Source of the DNA: Octopus vulgaris
Lineage: Eukaryota
Assembly: GCA_951406725.2 (NCBI GenBank)
Contig: OX597815.1
Coordinates: 128,216,001-128,280,000, forward strand
Direction: 5' to 3'
Length of the DNA stretch: 64,000 bases
Shown: piece by piece, positions 63,041-64,000 of the stretch
How the letters are laid out: the number at the start of each line of letters is the position of its first letter
How positions within the stretch are numbered: position 1 is the first letter of the stretch
Program-made: the position numbers and the translations under genes
The notes under the pieces: generated by a model
Told to the model about the DNA's origin: nothing
What the model saw: only the letters and a program-made list of their open reading frames with translations
The model's database searches: none

Positions 63041-63270
63041 TAGCAGAGAAACCCAGCCCTGCTCTGGATTAAAATGGCATAAAGTTTCATTGTTTTACTT
63101 GTTTGGTTATTATAACCTGATTTCATTCGGATCTACTCGAGCCACATTTTAAGAGATGAAGAATTTTGCCCTAGAGGCCATACTTTTCAGTTGAACAAAA
63201 AGTTGCCATGCAAACTCAACAGCACTTTCAACATAGATGTACATATTTTCAGCTCAATCCAACCACATAT
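63040..63270 (-). mobile_element. Helitron-like 3' end (5' boundary uncertain)
   Basis: Minus strand reads CCAGAGCAGGGCTGGGTTTCTCTGCTAG|T: an imperfect GC hairpin followed by CTAG. Confidence 0.5.
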
Positions 63271-63425
63271 GCACACATTATATATATATATATACGCATT
63301 ATATATATGCATTAAATATATATATATGTACACATCATATATACATATGTATACACATGATATATATGTATATATATATATATACACACATATATATAAA
63401 TATAGATATATATATACACTTTATA

Positions 63426-63471
<46 letters not shown>

Positions 63472-63496
63472 TTATATATATAAATTATATATGTAT

Positions 63497-64000
63497 ATCA
63501 TAAATACCCCCCCCCCGGGTGAAGAATGTACCCCTCAGCATAGGCTAGTCATTAGTGACTTTAGGCTCAAGTCCAGAAGTATACCAAGAAGCAGACCAAT
63601 CCAAAAAAGAAGGATTTGGAAGCTAAAGAACCCTTCACATGGTCAGAGATTTAGGGACATCCTCATCAAGAAATTTGATAAGAGGGAGGAGGAGCTACAG
63701 ACATCGGACATAGAAGGTAGCGGGAAATTCCTATGGGACAGCTTGCTGAGTGCCACAGACCAAGTCTGTGGATGGTGCAAAGTCCCTTCCAGACCTAGAG
63801 TTATGTGGTGGTGGAATAGTACGGTAGACAAAGTCATTAGAGCAAAGAAATAGGCCTGCAAAGCCTGGAATGGAGTGGGTAGCAGGGAACTGTACCAGGT
63901 AGCCATAGGGAGGCTGGGTGGCAGGTATACATAGTCAAAGGCAAAACAGAAAAGAAGTTTGCCAATGTCCAGCAATGTGAGGACCAAAGAACTGAGGTAT
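63497..64000 (+). mobile_element. RTE LINE fragment (endonuclease C-end/linker), runs off the window
   Basis: GEECTPQHRLV.SDF...RRIWKLK...ATDQVCGWCK...WWWN; same family as 24667-24948. Confidence 0.88.

Noticed and set aside
63993-64000. The window ends in TGAGGTAT, exactly where the LINE copy at 60025 begins, suggesting a rearranged single element
   Set aside because: The window boundary is arbitrary; the 63497 copy probably continues. This cannot be judged without the next window.

Overview
AT-rich, repeat-dense eukaryotic DNA whose repeat complement (RTE-type LINE tails ending in (GAT)n, tRNA-derived SINEs, (TA)n tracts) suggests an Octopus/coleoid cephalopod; this is inference from pattern recognition. 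The one clear host gene is a minus-strand TFG (TRK-fused gene; PB1, coiled coil, P/Q-rich tail). Six coding exons between 29242 and 7858 have GT-AG boundaries and join into 422 open codons. The non-coding first exon probably lies near 46.7-47.4 kb, and any final exon is not identified. The rest is mostly transposon debris: RTE LINEs, CR1/Jockey-like fragments, a mariner and its MITE, hAT and piggyBac-like MITEs, Helitron-like elements and SINEs. Three observations stand out. (1) A 2.88-kb foldback/Mutator-like element (47699-50580) has ~1.26-kb near-identical inverted arms and a 9-bp TSD; both arms carry the same LINE insertion and a CpG-rich module with an NRF1-type motif, and the element sits in the likely promoter region of TFG. 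(2) A complete C4HC3 PHD finger lies inside the reverse-transcriptase ORF of the RTE LINE family, in two copies. (3) There are candidate alternative TFG 3' ends, a possible nested micro-ORF and several intronic hairpins.
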